A stretch of DNA of 64,000 nt from Antedon mediterranea (taxonomy: Eukaryota > Animalia > Echinodermata), in NCBI RefSeq assembly GCF_964355755.1, contig NC_092675.1, positions 29,422,912-29,486,911 of the forward strand, read 5' to 3'. Position numbers and translations under genes: made by a program. The stretch's first letter is position 1. Every line of letters begins with the position of its first letter. This document shows positions 38,614 to 53,600 of this stretch, in pieces. The notes below the pieces were generated by a model that saw only the letters and a program-made list of their open reading frames with translations, was not told the DNA's origin and ran no database searches.

Positions 38614-41600
38614 TTCGTCTACATTACAGTATCCGTGTTGGTAACTTTCACTACTTCATTTTTGATCTGTGAGTAAATTCCATAATTTCTTTATGAACAT
38701 TTTGAATACAGTAGTATAAAAGACTTTGTTTTGTTTATTTATTTCATCAGCATAATTTACAATACGATGATACACAGCACAATACTGATTAAACAACAAA
38801 TTACATTTTCAATAAAAAAAAACCAAACAAAAACATTTTTTTTTTACCTGAGATTAATTTTATTGAGTTTAGTTTATTGGTAACGAACCACATGATTATT
38901 AAATTGCAATAAATAATACAGGTCAAGTTGAAATGTTAGATTTTTGGCCAAGTAGGATTTAGTAATAAAGTAACCTTTTAAGAGGAAATTTTAAATGTAA
39001 ATATGAGAATAACCTGCGACTTGCAGCTTACTGGGCTGAATTGCGCACAGTTGTGTACGACACACACACATTTTCTACTCACCTAAGTGTCCCTTCATGT
39101 CGAGTGCTGCCACCACACAACGCCTGTTTGTCTATCCACAATGACAGGGACTGAATGAACCAGTACACTGGAGTAACCCCCTACTCTGCCGAAAGATGCA
39201 CTGGATTATTTAAAGTGCACACGAGCCAAATGTGTACATTGACCCCCAGTTTTAAGCTGACACTTATCTGATTTTCAAACTTAAGTCGGCTTACACTTTT
39301 AGTTAAATGCGACATGTTTTTGTAGAGTTACCGGTGGAGAACTTTTTGATGACATTGTTGCAAGAGAGTACTATAGTGAGGCTGATGCAAGCCACTGTAT
39401 TCAGCAGATCATGGAGAGTGTTGAACATTGCCACAAGGCTAGTGTTATACATCGCGACTTGAAGGTATGATCTATTTATTTTTCAGCATCAGTATAAAGA
39501 TCACAAACACAAGGAATGGCAAATATATAGGAATAAACATAAAGAAACAACAAACATTTAAAGATATGAAAATAAAAACAGGTTTACATTTTTGTCTTCT
39601 TGTGCTTGTAGAGGAAAGCCTGTTAGTTACATTTTAGGAACCGATATATACATGTAGTAGGCACAAATGAATAACCCTGAAACAACAAACTTTGACAGGC
39701 CTAGCAAGCCAGGAGTGGATTACCATTGCTTGTAAAACAGACTCATGTACTAGGTGTATATTTTAAATATAGTAATAATGTTTTATACTGTTTTAATTAT
39801 AATCATCATTGTTGTTTGTTGTCTTTAAACAAAATATAATATACATATATAAATATTGTATACAACCTCATGAAAACCCTTTCTTGTGAACAAGTTGTTT
39901 CTGTTTTTTTAACAACAAAAAATTAAAATGAACAAAATTTATTTGTATTTTTACTGTTTATAGCCAGAGAATCTTCTGCTGGCAAGCAAAGCAAAGGGGG
40001 CCGCCGTTAAGTTGGCCGACTTTGGACTTGCTATCGAGGCTGAGAATGATAAACCTAGCTGGTATGGTGAGTACTAGCGGCCATTAGTCAATTTGAGAAA
40101 TAAAAACAGGTTAAATGAAGTTATGAGAATTTACTGATCGAGATAGAATATCAAATCTTTATAAATTGTATAAACTAAACAAATGAAAATGATGTTTATT
40201 TCAGGATTTGCTGGAACCCCAGGATACCTCTCCCCAGAAGTGTTGAGAAAAGAAGCATATGGCAAGCCAGTTGACATGTGGGCTTGCGGTAAGCCAACAT
40301 ATTTTAGATGGATTTAAATTTTTATACTGGAACTGAACTTCCTGAAATACCAAACCCCCTTAAACCTTTTCAAATTCATTCATTTATATATGACCAGTTT
40401 TGGGACACTGTGTGTCTGTTTTTATTTTTGTAACTTTTTAATTAAAATTTAAAATGCATATTATGTATTTTTTTTGGTTGTTATTTTACTCATCACCATT
40501 ATTGTTTGTTCTCCACACACAATCAAATGTATTATTATTTATAAGCACAAATGTATATATAGTGTATTATAAATCATATTGTCAAATTATTGAAACAGTG
40601 CTCATATTCAGAACATGATCTCATAATTGCGTCGAGTATAGCTCATTGGTGTAAGTTTCAAATAAGACTGAAACTTTTTCCAGAGTGTTGAATGTTTTGT
40701 AACTTATTTTCTTGTTTTTTAGGAGTTATCTTGTACATCCTTCTTGTCGGATATCCACCATTTTGGGATGAAGATCAACAGAAACTCTACAACATTATCA
40801 AACATGGCAAATATGATGTACTTTTGATTACTTTCTGTATTAATTATAATTCTAAATTGTTGTGATCAATGCATCATTTTTAAAATTACTTCAAATAAAT
40901 TGTGTATAAATTTATACCCTAATGATGATACATGACCAACATGTATAAAAATAAGTTAATGTACAAGGTTCTCATATCTTAGTTCTCATAATCTTACCAT
41001 TTTAATTTAAAACGTTTATACATCCAATTGTTATTCCTAAAATTGTTTTTTTTATGTTGACATACTATTTACAGAATTTCATAATATTTTGTTTTTATTA
41101 GTATCCGTCACCCGAGTGGGACACGGTTACACAAGAAGCCAAAGATCTTATAAACAGAATGCTTACTATAGAACCTAGTCGTAGAATTACTGCTTCCGAA
41201 GCGCTGAAGCATGCCTGGATTGCGGTAAGCAGTTTTGATATTATTTTATTTCCAAACCCAACCAACAGCAAAAAAAATTCGCCAATAACAATTAACATAT
41301 TATGTTTGGACCTCTATAATATATTCATTTAATTCATTCATCTTTTTATTTCGGAATACCATGGTGACATTCATAGCAAAAGAGAGACAAAAAAAAATCA
41401 TAAGAGCTCATACAACAAAAACAAAAATATATATATAAAGTCAATGCAACAAGGCATTTCATTGTATGTGCATTCTTGACACATTAAGAACTAATTCTTG
41501 ATTAGTAATGTTTTACTTGAGGTCAATGTATATAAAAAACAACAGATCACAATAGTTCTATAAATCACAAGTTTTTTTTTGTTCCTTTAAATCTATTACC

Positions 41601-44600
41601 AATGTAGGTATAAAATATAATACATGATATAGTAGGTAGTTAACTATTATAATGTCAACTTAGATTCTCAATTTTAACTGGTTAGAGGTGGCCTACATAC
41701 AGTAAGTAAGTTGAGTCTTCAATACAAATGATGCATAATTGTTGGCTACTACCTCTTTTTGAAATGGTACCTAAAATCTATGCAAATGTTACTTACACAG
41801 CACAGCCTAACTATAGGATACACACAATTGACAACTCAACGAACAAATTATAAAAATGACAATATTTTAAAAAGAAATTGAGCTCACCAAATTCTGTAAA
41901 CTTTCACTGGCTTATGGTTCAGTAATGTATACAATACATTTCTAAATTTTTGGAAATTTATCTCAATTTTTTTCAACTTCCTTATATCCTCTTTACGTCA
42001 AAACTGTTGTTGCTAGGCAACTTCTTATGCCCCCATGTATTCATCATGATCACATTACAATAAGGTTGGCACATGGAACTTAAATTGTGCACCCGATTTT
42101 GCTCTTAAGCTCTGTCTACACTATCAAACTTTATGTGACAAAAAAGTGTGATGTGCCCAAATATGGTAGTGACATGCTTAAATATGGTGGTGATATGACA
42201 TCATCATGTCCATATATAGGCACATCACATGTTTTTTTCACATAAAGTTTGATAGTGTAGACAGAGCTTAAGAAACCTAACCTACACTATACTCACATAA
42301 TGCCTTTATGACCTTTATGACCTTTATGACCTTTATGACCTATAACCTGACTGAATTACTAAAACAAACATTGTTACCAATAATTGACAATTGTCTAAAT
42401 TGGCTGTGTCTCAGTTTGCAGCACTTTGATTAATTGAAATGGTCATCCAAAGCACTTATGTACCAGCCAAATTAATTAAACATGCTTGAGCTTTATAACG
42501 TGTTTGAAGTTATCAAAATTAGGAGAATGTGTTCTTGAAACGCATGCCGTAGCATACCATTTACTTTAGCGATGATGATAGAATTTCTGGCTGTGATAAT
42601 TTTTAAATGTGATGTAATTAATTTGGCAAATAATGCTCTCCCACAGATTCTCAGAGAGAATAAATTAGAAGAAATATTTGGTGTTGTCTAAGTATTGCTC
42701 TTGAAAAAGCATGTTGTACTCGGATCATACAGAAAGAATGTGTTGATTGGATTCAAATTAATGTTAATATTTTAATTATTGAATGTTACTTATCTATATT
42801 TCAGAATCGTGAGCGTGTCGCCTCCTCTGTTCACAGACAGCAAACCGTGGACAGTTTGAAGAAGTTCAATGCCCGGCGCAAATTAAAGGTAAGATCATAT
42901 AATTGTCATCAACAAAATATTAAGTTTACTTGCAAAGGGTGTATTAAAATGGAATGGTCACCTTTATTTTTTTTTCTACAAGCATCCAAAAGCTTCCATT
43001 CAACAGGCTTTAAACTAACTAAATATTATTATGGATTTTATGTACTGGCACTATCAGACCCAGAGTAGCCTTTTTTCAAGCTTGAGGACAAATTTAAATA
43101 CCTTTATTTAAACCCACCTTATATTGGAAGAAGATGAACAAATACAAATTGAAAAGAGAATTGTATTGGAAGTATGTTAAAGACCTAAAAATGTTTTTTT
43201 TTCTTTTAACTTAGGGAGCCATTCTTACTACCATGTTGGTGTCCAAGAACTTCTCTAGTGAGTATACCTAAGTTACTTATTAATTATTGTCTGAATTCAT
43301 AGCAAATACATGATTGTTAAATGTGATTTGTGCATGTTGACAATGTTGTATTGACCCCTCTGATTATCAATAAATGCATGTACTATCAGACTATAATGAC
43401 TATGTCATCCATGCCTGTTATGTGATCGATTGCATTCAAGTGTTTTACCCTGCCATTGCAAAAAGTAATGTCACCACCAAAAACTATGCATTTCTGTTTA
43501 GACTAGCTTAGCAGTTTTATTTTTGAAAAATGTCTTGTTTTCAACGATATTAGAGAGTTACATTTAAAATTAAATGATATATCTAGAGATATATAATTAA
43601 AATAAATGTATTTCTCTTCAGTTTTATTTTATTTTTAAATACAAAAAGTGCACATTATTTTTTATTTTATTACATTGATTACCAATAGTCTGCATTTATA
43701 GAATCTTTTAAAATTCTCTTAACTATTTTTTAACTGATTAAATATTGTTAATAATTTTTAAAACTTGGACCAATTCTTATAAGAATTTTTTGTTTGTAAT
43801 TAATGCGATTGGATAGGAGGTGAGTTGGAATCGTCTAAACCATTATTTACATTTTTTCTCTCGCTCCGGCTTTTTAATCTTTGTACTGTTTGTATTAAAA
43901 TTTTTTGCCATAACCAAATTTTTGGGCAATTCTCTCCTGACTTTTTTTATTTATTTACATTCAAAGATTAGTTGAAAGAATGTGTAAATAAAAATTATTT
44001 TATTGGATTGAAAACAGTGTAACTTGTGTTCTTTTATTTAAAAAATGGATATAAAAATCATAGATAATTACCAATTTATTAATGATACTATAATCATAAA
44101 ACAAAACAAAAAACAAAAAGTTGTTTTTAATCCAATAATATTTTTTATTTATTTCCTGATTTCAATGTGTGTGTGCACTGTTAGTATTATGCATGGCTAA
44201 ATGAATCTTCAATTTTATGGTAAGGTCGGTCTAGCGGTTTTCTGATGAACTTTGTCAGATAGTAATAAACAAACAAATCTTTTTACTTGTTTATTTTTTA
44301 AAGTAAATATTATCAAATATAATCTATTAATTTTGGTTAATTTGAATTTTTTTTTAAATACTATTACAAAATTTGATTTCTAAGAAAGAAGAAGTATTAA
44401 AAGAAAACTCAAAAGTATTACTATTAAAAGAAAAAATATATTATATATGCAAAATGAATAAGCGGCATAACCTGCTATATTATTTCAACATTAATTAACC
44501 CATTTGATGTTTTTTTTTCTATCAACTGGTATTGGAATTTTTGGTTTTGGTAGATTTACATAAATTGGAAATTAAATAGCAAAATAAGCAGATAAACGTA

Positions 44601-47600
44601 TTTTATGACTAAATTAAAAATAAATATCATTGAGATTTGGATCAAACTTTCAAAAAGTACAGATTTTTTTTATAGATAAAATTCAATTAAGGTTTCATAC
44701 ACTTTTAACATGTTTATAGTAACCATGGTAACCTGGTATGTTCCCAGTATCCCAACATTTAGGTTTTGATCCAATATATTATCTTTGTTTACACAACTTA
44801 TAATTTTTGCACCTTTTCTTGTGGTAAATAGTTTGTGTTTTTTTTATATTTTTATTTTCAATATATAACATCATATCTTCATATTTTACAGCCTATAATA
44901 AGCTCTGTCTACACTATCAAACTTTATGCGGCAAAAAAATGTGATGTGCCCATATATGTACATGATGATATCATATCACTACCATATTTTAGCATATTAC
45001 TACCATATTTGGGTACATCACACTTTTTTGTCAAACTAGTTTGATAGTGTAAACAGAGCTTTATGAATGGTTTTTATTGCAGAATTTTTAAATTTGTCTT
45101 GATTTATATAATTTAGAATCGCATTTGAACTAAATATAGAACAAAATTGAACTTTAATTATGCACATTATTTTTTGCCATCTAAAACTGCAATATTCTTT
45201 TATTGTTTAATGCGGTTTTTAAAAATTTCAATTAAATTTCTGCATTTTTCTATGCCATCTATTTGTTTATACTTTTATTTTTATTATAATTTTTTTTTAA
45301 ATACAATACAGTATATATTTAATAGTAATTCCAAATGGCTAAAAATAGTCATTTTTGTCAAGAATAATATTTGTATTAAAATAGTCTTACATAATAGAAT
45401 TTATAAAATAATTGTGTAATGTGTTCTTAGTTAAATTGCACATTTAATTGAATGTGTCTTAATTTCAATGTTTTAAACATTTTTAATTTTGTATATATCT
45501 TATAATATACTGTATACATATATATCTAGTAGGTGTAACATTGTTCTTTTGTTACAATACCATGTTGTCAACAAAAAAGTACATTTCCTTTTTTTCTTAT
45601 TTCTCCTAAATTTAAACATTCTAAATAATGATTTATCATACTTATTGTTTCTGTACACACGCCTAAAGCTTGGTTCCAATTTGGATGCAATGACATTTAA
45701 GATAACCCATGTTGTGATTGGTCAACTTACTTACAGTGGGCTTACGTCCTTGCATTCCGTCCAAGTGGGAATCAAGCTAACGCTAAATATTAATTATTTA
45801 AACATTTTAAGGATCCGTTTTTTTACACATACCAACAAATATTTTTGGAATAGAATTTTCATGAAAATGAAATGTACTGATTTAGACAAATAAGACTATT
45901 TAAACATGGTGTTGTAATAATAGTAACAATATTAAAATAACTTTGATCAAGCTTATAGACAGACCTTACTGATAAATGGCACTGTATGTATACACGTTTG
46001 CTTTGTTATGACTACTTGCCTGATTCATTCGTTTTCATGTTTGTCGAAACATTCACTCATTTTTTCACAGCTTTCCGGGAGAAGAGTCAGAGCCAAGGTA
46101 TTTTGTTTTTTCATCGACTGATTTAATTTCTTTATTTTTCTTTCACATGTTTTGCTATTTTGGTCTTGGTTATCTCATTGTCACTTAGACAACATTGTTT
46201 GGTACATTGGATGCTAATACCGGTACTTGCTGTTACTGTAATAACCAATGAGAAATGCCCATATTAATAACCAATGAGAAATTCCCATATTAATAACCAA
46301 TGAGAAATGCCCATATTAATAACCAATGAGAAATTCCCATATTAATAACCAATGAGAAATTCCCATATTAATAACCAATGGGAAATTCCCATATTTATTT
46401 CCCATGCGAAGGAGATTATTACACAGTATTGAAAAAATCAACACTATGTACTGCCCTCTATCCTCCCTTACGCTGGTTCACACAACGCAAGGATGTAAAT
46501 ACACCGTAAGTAATTTGACCAATAATGATGCGATGGATCACCTGAACTGTCTCTAGCGTTTGGCCAACTCACTTGAGTTGCACCCACGTCGTCATGTTGC
46601 GTCCAAGTGAGAACTAATCTTTACATAATATTGGTGGTAGTAGTCTCGTGCTGAATTATTTTTCATTAACAAACAGTGCTTCAAAATCAATATTGTTGAT
46701 TGATAATTAGCATACAGTACCAGGTGTAGCATCTATATGTTTCAAATGATATTGTTCACATGGGTTTGTTTCAGCTTCTTATTATTATTTAGCATTAAAA
46801 CATCTGCTTGAAATGCCACCTTGCTTTTAGTTTCTCCATTTTAGCTTTATCATTTACATCATAAAGACTCTATAGCAGCTCTTCTATCTTAGCAACCCTA
46901 CGTTGAAAATAAACTGTTGACTTATTTTTATTTTCTAATTAAAATATTGGATTCAATTAATTCTATGATTTGGAAAGTGATTTCATTTTAATAGAAAATA
47001 CATTCTTCTCAACAGTTTATTTTCTTTTAATGATAAAATTTATATAATTATTGATATGGTATCTTTGGTATGTTAATAGTCATTTTTTACATATAATTAG
47101 AATTGTTTATTTTTCTATCTGTGCACTTCCCAATGAAAACATGAGAAATATGCATTTCCAGTGATCTTGCAAAAACCTATTGATTGACCTTGTTTAGTAG
47201 CAAACTTGATGACCTATGACATGACCTATGTGAATATAGGTATATTAGGCTGGGCTCAAAGCACACGATAACAACTAATAAATTCTATTCTAAAGTTTAT
47301 TTTTATTTTTTTGTCATTTTCTGCGTAGAATAGTTGTATATTTATTTCCTTTTGGTTATTTGGACCAACAAAATCAATAGTCATAATATATATTTTTAAA
47401 AGTTGTTGAGCTGGAAAACTGGAAAACAATACTATGATATTTTATATATTATTCTTTGTATATCATTTACAGTTCTATTTACTATACCTTTGAGCCTAGC
47501 CTAGTATTAGGTTTATATTTCATTATAGATATGTATGTAATATACATAAGTAACATAAATCATATGCAATTATTATGTTTGTGTATATGTTCATGTTTGT

Positions 47601-50600
47601 AGAGATGTACATTATAGTAGTTGTACTTCTACACATTTTTCTTTCCTTTATCAATACCTTTTTAACATTCTTCAATGTTGTTTTCCAATATTTAAACCAT
47701 AGTATAAACATACAAACCTCGTCATATCATTTTGCTGTTTTAAAACAACTTTTTGAGTAAATTCTTGCAAGCCCTAAAAGCAGTTTTGTTTTTCCAATAT
47801 TATACTTTGCAAGTATTGAGCCTTTCTTTTGTAAACTCTTCCAAGACCAAATGTCATACAATATGTACTTTTTATAATTTACATACATTTTAGATTTTAC
47901 CTACAGTTTCTACTATATGTGCTTGTTTTGTATAGATATATATTCTGGTGTTTGTTTTTTATTTCTGCTAAATATTATTTGCTATAGAAATTAGATCAGT
48001 GTCATCATCATGATCACCATCATCATGATCACCATCATCATCATGATCACCATCATCATCATGATTACCATCATAATCATGATCATCACCATCATCATGA
48101 TCACATTAATCATGATCACCATCATCATGATCACCATCATCATGATTACCATCGTCATCATGATCATCTTGATCACTATCATCATCATGATAATCATCAT
48201 CATCATCATCACCATCATGATCGCCATCATATTAAATAAAATCAATCCATTATTAGTTGCACCATAGTTTAGATTAGTTGACTAGAAACATGCAACAATT
48301 TTTCATTTATTACTATATTTACTGACAGTTAGCTATCTAGTTTCAAATAGAAAATAAATGATACTGTACATAAAATGACGGAAGTCCTATTATTACCCAA
48401 TATGGATCTTTTATCAATAAATCAACAAATAAATGTGACTAATTATGCTCGTTTTATTTACCTTTTCCTGTTGGAATTAGCATAACCGCCAAGAATACTA
48501 TTTATATTACAAAACCAATGCTGTTACAATTTTTCTTTCTTCATTTTTATCAGCTGGAGCCCTAAATTCAAAAGGTCTGAATGTCGAAATGTAGTATTTC
48601 CTCTTCCTAATAATCATAGGCTCTTATTACAAACAATGCTATATATTTACATATATTTAGATTGTATTATTACATAATAAGCTAGTTCTTTGTGTACTTT
48701 CCTTTTGCACAATTGTATATAGAACCTTTTACTCAATTTATTCAATAGTAGTTTTTTTCCTGTCCTCCTCCTATTGATGTATTTGTATATTTCCCAAATG
48801 ATTGTTTAAGCTCGGTTCCCACTTGGATGCTAGGACTAAGTCCAATGCAAGTAATTTGACCAATCACAATGCAATTGATCAAATTACTTGCGTTATGCTT
48901 ATATCCTTGCGTCCTACAGTAGTGGCAACCAAGCTTTAGAGAAAACACATTTGTGTAGTTCCTAGTCAGGTGACCCTATGCATTTGTTTGTGATTTTTTT
49001 TTCTGATTTTTTCTTTCTTATTTAAATTGTCCAGGTGCTGTTCAAGCTAAGTCAGGTTAGGAAATTCCTAAAAGATGCATGCGTTTTATTATTATTTAAA
49101 TAAAACTTTTGACATCTGTTACATTATGCAAATTTTATTTTATGCATCAGGAAACTAAGTTAATTGGTCAGATGTTTTTCTCTACTCTTATGTAACTTGT
49201 ACATGATCAGCCCCAATGAAACTACTCAGCGTTGGAGGTCTCCTTAGGAGTGCTAAACCAGGGGGACTATTCCCCTGTTTTACGCCACTGAACCCATCAC
49301 TCCAGCTGGTCATGTTCACATTCATACCACCAAATGCACTGATGACTATAGGCCTAGATTTAAACCCACCCAAGAATGACTTACTTATAGCAATTGTTCT
49401 CAAATGTACTCGGTTGTAAAGTACAATTTATGTCTGAGTAGACATCTCACCAACAAGCTGGTCACTACTGTATGTTAAATTTTAAAAAATTCTTATTTTT
49501 AATGTTTACAAATTAAAGTTGACATTAAATAAGTTGCATGTATACCAGTTGTCAAAGGTTTGTGGTTTTGCAGTTAGTTTTCTAAAAATTGTTTTTAATC
49601 TTTTAAACTTTCAGTTAAAATACTACTTACTGAGAAACTTGAGTTCTAATTTGACATTTTTAGATAATAAATATCCAACATATAATAGTAATTGCCTGCA
49701 TGGATTGTTTAATTAGTACCTATAGTTACAAAGCACTTTGTTTGCAATACGATTTTTCACAAAAACAATCTTTTAGTTCACATTTCCTAAATTAATATAA
49801 TACTTTGTATAATAGTTGATCTGTATAACATTATTCTCGTACCAAAGTGATTGTGTCAAATTCATCATATCAGCAGTGTTATTCTATACCTATCTACAAA
49901 TTTATGAAAGTTTAGGAATTGTTTTGAAGTGCTTTAGTTTAGACTGATTGATTAATAACTGATTGATCAATTTATTGATGTAATTATTGATTTATTGATT
50001 GATTGATTTTTTGATTGGTTAATTGATTGGTTAATTTATGGATTAATTGATTTAGTGATTGATTAATTCATTGATAGATTAATTTATTGATTAATTTATT
50101 GATTTATTGATTGATTAATTCATTGATAGATTAATTTATTTATTGATTTATTTATTGATTGATTGATTTTTAATTTATTGTTATTATTTTGAAGTTTCCA
50201 CTGATACCTTCATTGTAATTCATTATATTCTAATTAAATGAACCCTTTTTAAGTCTTTTATTCTAAATATTGCTAATACTATATTTTAATTTTCTGAATG
50301 TAAGTGAAGGTGCTGTGGTTTCAAGTACTGTTTTTTTGGTTTTGTTGAGCATTGATTTATACTAGGTGGCAGCTTAGTTTTATGTTTTAATACATTTTAT
50401 ATTTAACTTTAACTTTTTTTGGTTTTGTTGAGCATTGATTTATACTAGGTGGCAGCTTAGTTTTATGTTTTAATACATTTTATATTTAACTTTAACTTTT
50501 TTTGGTTTTGTTGAGCATTGATTTATACTAGGTGGCAGCTTAGTTTTATGTTTTAATACATTTTATATTTAACTTTAACATTAGGCAGATTAAATAAGAA

Positions 50601-53600
50601 ACATACTAGCTAGTATACACCAACATTTTAGTTTTCATCACCACATAAATTATTAATTTTGATAATGAGAAGAAACGATTTAAATTATTATTGATAATTT
50701 TTGTAATCAGGATCGAATGGGTCGTCAACGGCGCCGAAAGCAACGCGATCTCAATCGCTATCTTTGGTGTCATCGGTCCTTGCAGAACAAGGTATACATG
50801 TGTACAATGTCCCGTCTTGTCTTTTGCAATCAGTCTATCAAACTCCTTCTCTCCTCTTTTATTCTGATTGGTTATACTTTTCATTGATTTTTTACTTCCT
50901 AACAGTTCTTATGTAACAATTATTCCTGTTTGCCGTAATATCCTCTTGTTAACTTATTTATTGTAATTAAACTATTATTTTATTATATAATATATTTACT
51001 ATTATATATATTGCCAACAAAAACCCATGTGATTGTAGCGTAATTTAAATATAAATTCTTAAATGTTTTATTTTTAAGAATATTTTGAAATATACGTCAA
51101 AATTTCAGCACATTAAACAACCAGAGAACCAATGTATAGTTTTTTATAAAAGTAACCCAATCATCCTTTAAACATTCTAAAAATATCTTTGCTATTTTTA
51201 AAATAAATTTAGAATCAATACAAAATGTTTCAATAACAGTTCATTTATAATAATCAGAATTAATTGTGAATAAATAAAGTATGTTAATCAACATCTTTAA
51301 TCCAAAGGGCGCAATCTGATTTGCATACAGGAGCGATTGTAACCTCCACAATTAATTAATTTGCATAAGTTAGTTTTAAAAATTCCTTTTCATTGAACTG
51401 CCTATTAAAAAAAGAATTAAGCAAAGGTGTATATATTTTATAAATCTTAAACACTGTATGTTTAGTTGTTGAATCTTCAGATATAACTGCATAAGTTGCA
51501 TGAAATATTTATTTATTTGCTTGCCATTATAAACTATGTTTTGCATATTCATAAAACAGTTTTACAAATAATTTTTTATTTTTTTTGGCATATCATTTAA
51601 ATTTTTCTGAATTCAGCCAAAAAAGTATCCAGTAAGTTTATATTTGATTTCAGTTTGAATGTTAATCTGTGTTGTTACTGTTTTTTCTATACTTAAAGAT
51701 ATTATACGCAATGCTTTTATTTTGATTTAAATGTTGTTTTTTTTTATTTAAGATGCTTTTTTTTATTGTTTTAGTCATAGTATAGCAAATTATTTCAATT
51801 AAAAATTAAAAAGGAGAGGTTCTTGTCGCAACAGTCTCAGACTGTTCTGTCCATACAGTTAATGTTTATCCCAGCTTTTGTGTTTTCTCTTTATTTTAGA
51901 AAACAACTTCCCTGGATCTTTTTTTGGGGATTTATTTACTAATCTTTATTTTGTAATTGTTTTTTTTTCTTTTTTTTTTTTGGTAAATACTTGCTTCTGG
52001 TGGGCAGGTTTACCAAGTGTATGATGTCATCCTAACCAAGTAGTATTAGAATACAAAGTATTGTTGTGCTCAACGTTCCAATAATGCGTAGTGTGTCAAA
52101 CTTTATGTTGCTGAATAAATGTTTCTATTAAATGTTTCCAGCAACATGTTCAGAGTATACTGTTTTAAATTGTGTAAACCCTTTTTTGGTATTTCTGTTA
52201 TTTCTGTCAAAAGCTAAACCTCAGGTAGAACAAACTTCTCAGAAGCCACCGAAGAACTCGGTCGCTATGGCTATCCCCGACCCACAAGTGCTACGTGCTC
52301 TTAATTTAGCAGCCCAAGGTAAACCGTGCTAGCTAGATTTGCTGTGAACACCTAATTTTAAGGGTCTGAGTTATATACAATTATGAATAAATGAATACAG
52401 CAGAAACATCATCATTTATATGGCATGATATATCAGATGATAAACACCATCTCATAAAGATATTTATAGTTGTTTTAATAGTATGACTGTATCTACATAT
52501 TCCTTGGTGCAGAAGTACAGTTTTAAGATCTAGTCTAGGTGCTCTATTCAATGTTATAAATGAAGGTTAAAATAAATAATTAAATTAATAGTTAGAAATA
52601 GTCACTAATGTATGTAAATATTTATCTCATTTTTGACCTACCAACATTTTGAATGTTTTTGTCAAAAGCAAAACCTCAAGAACAACAAAATTCTCAGGCC
52701 AAAAAGCCGTCATCAAAGACGGCGCTGCCAGTCGGTGTCGCAGATCCTGAAGTATTACGCGCTTTTACCCATTTAGCAGCGCAAGGTAAACATTTTACTC
52801 ACCAGGTTTGCAGTGGATAATTTAGATTTGTTTGCGTTTTTGTTAATATGATGCGTACAGCTGGGTAATGTAATGGAAAATGTTGTATGACATTAAGCCA
52901 GTACATGTATTTTTATCACATATATCATATTTATAACATTAATGTTCTTATTTTAGTAGTTTTAGGAACATGATTAACTACCCTCAAAAAGTTTGTTGAA
53001 ATAAAACAATATGACAAATTTGAAACGTACAGTATCTCAATTGATAAGGATAGTAGCACTTTTCACTGGTAGTATTAGAATAGCCTTACATTCAGTGTTA
53101 ATTCTTGCAGCTTTGCCAATTCTACATGCTTTTCTACAAGGAATTTCTCTTTTTATGTTTTCATCTTTTTATCAAGTAGTCTTAAAACTAACAGTTTTGT
53201 GTGGGCATTAACATTATTTTTCTATTTTTAGGGGAAATAGATGGTAAGTATAAAAGTGCAGTCGGGTTATTGAAATTGAACAGAGGCTTTGCTGTACTTC
53301 AAACCTTTATTTCAACACAATATTGCAGCAGCATTTAGTATTCGATCTAAATTTACCAATATCAATATTTCAATGTTATTCACAAAGTAGTGTTTCTCAA
53401 ATAATTTTCCTTCCAATTGTTTTACTCTGGAATTTAAGACAAAACTGAAGAAATTTGATAATATGAGAATAGTTCAACTGTCCTTTAAAAATTCTTATCC
53501 AAATTTTTCATCAACATTTCTAGCATTTATAAAACAAAATGTTTTTTTATTTTACTAGCTGGACGTTCATCAAAGAAAGAAGATGGTACGATTAAAGAGT

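Noticed and set aside
47991-48267. Met/Ile-rich ORFs on both strands
   Set aside because: Artefacts of the (ATC)n microsatellite.
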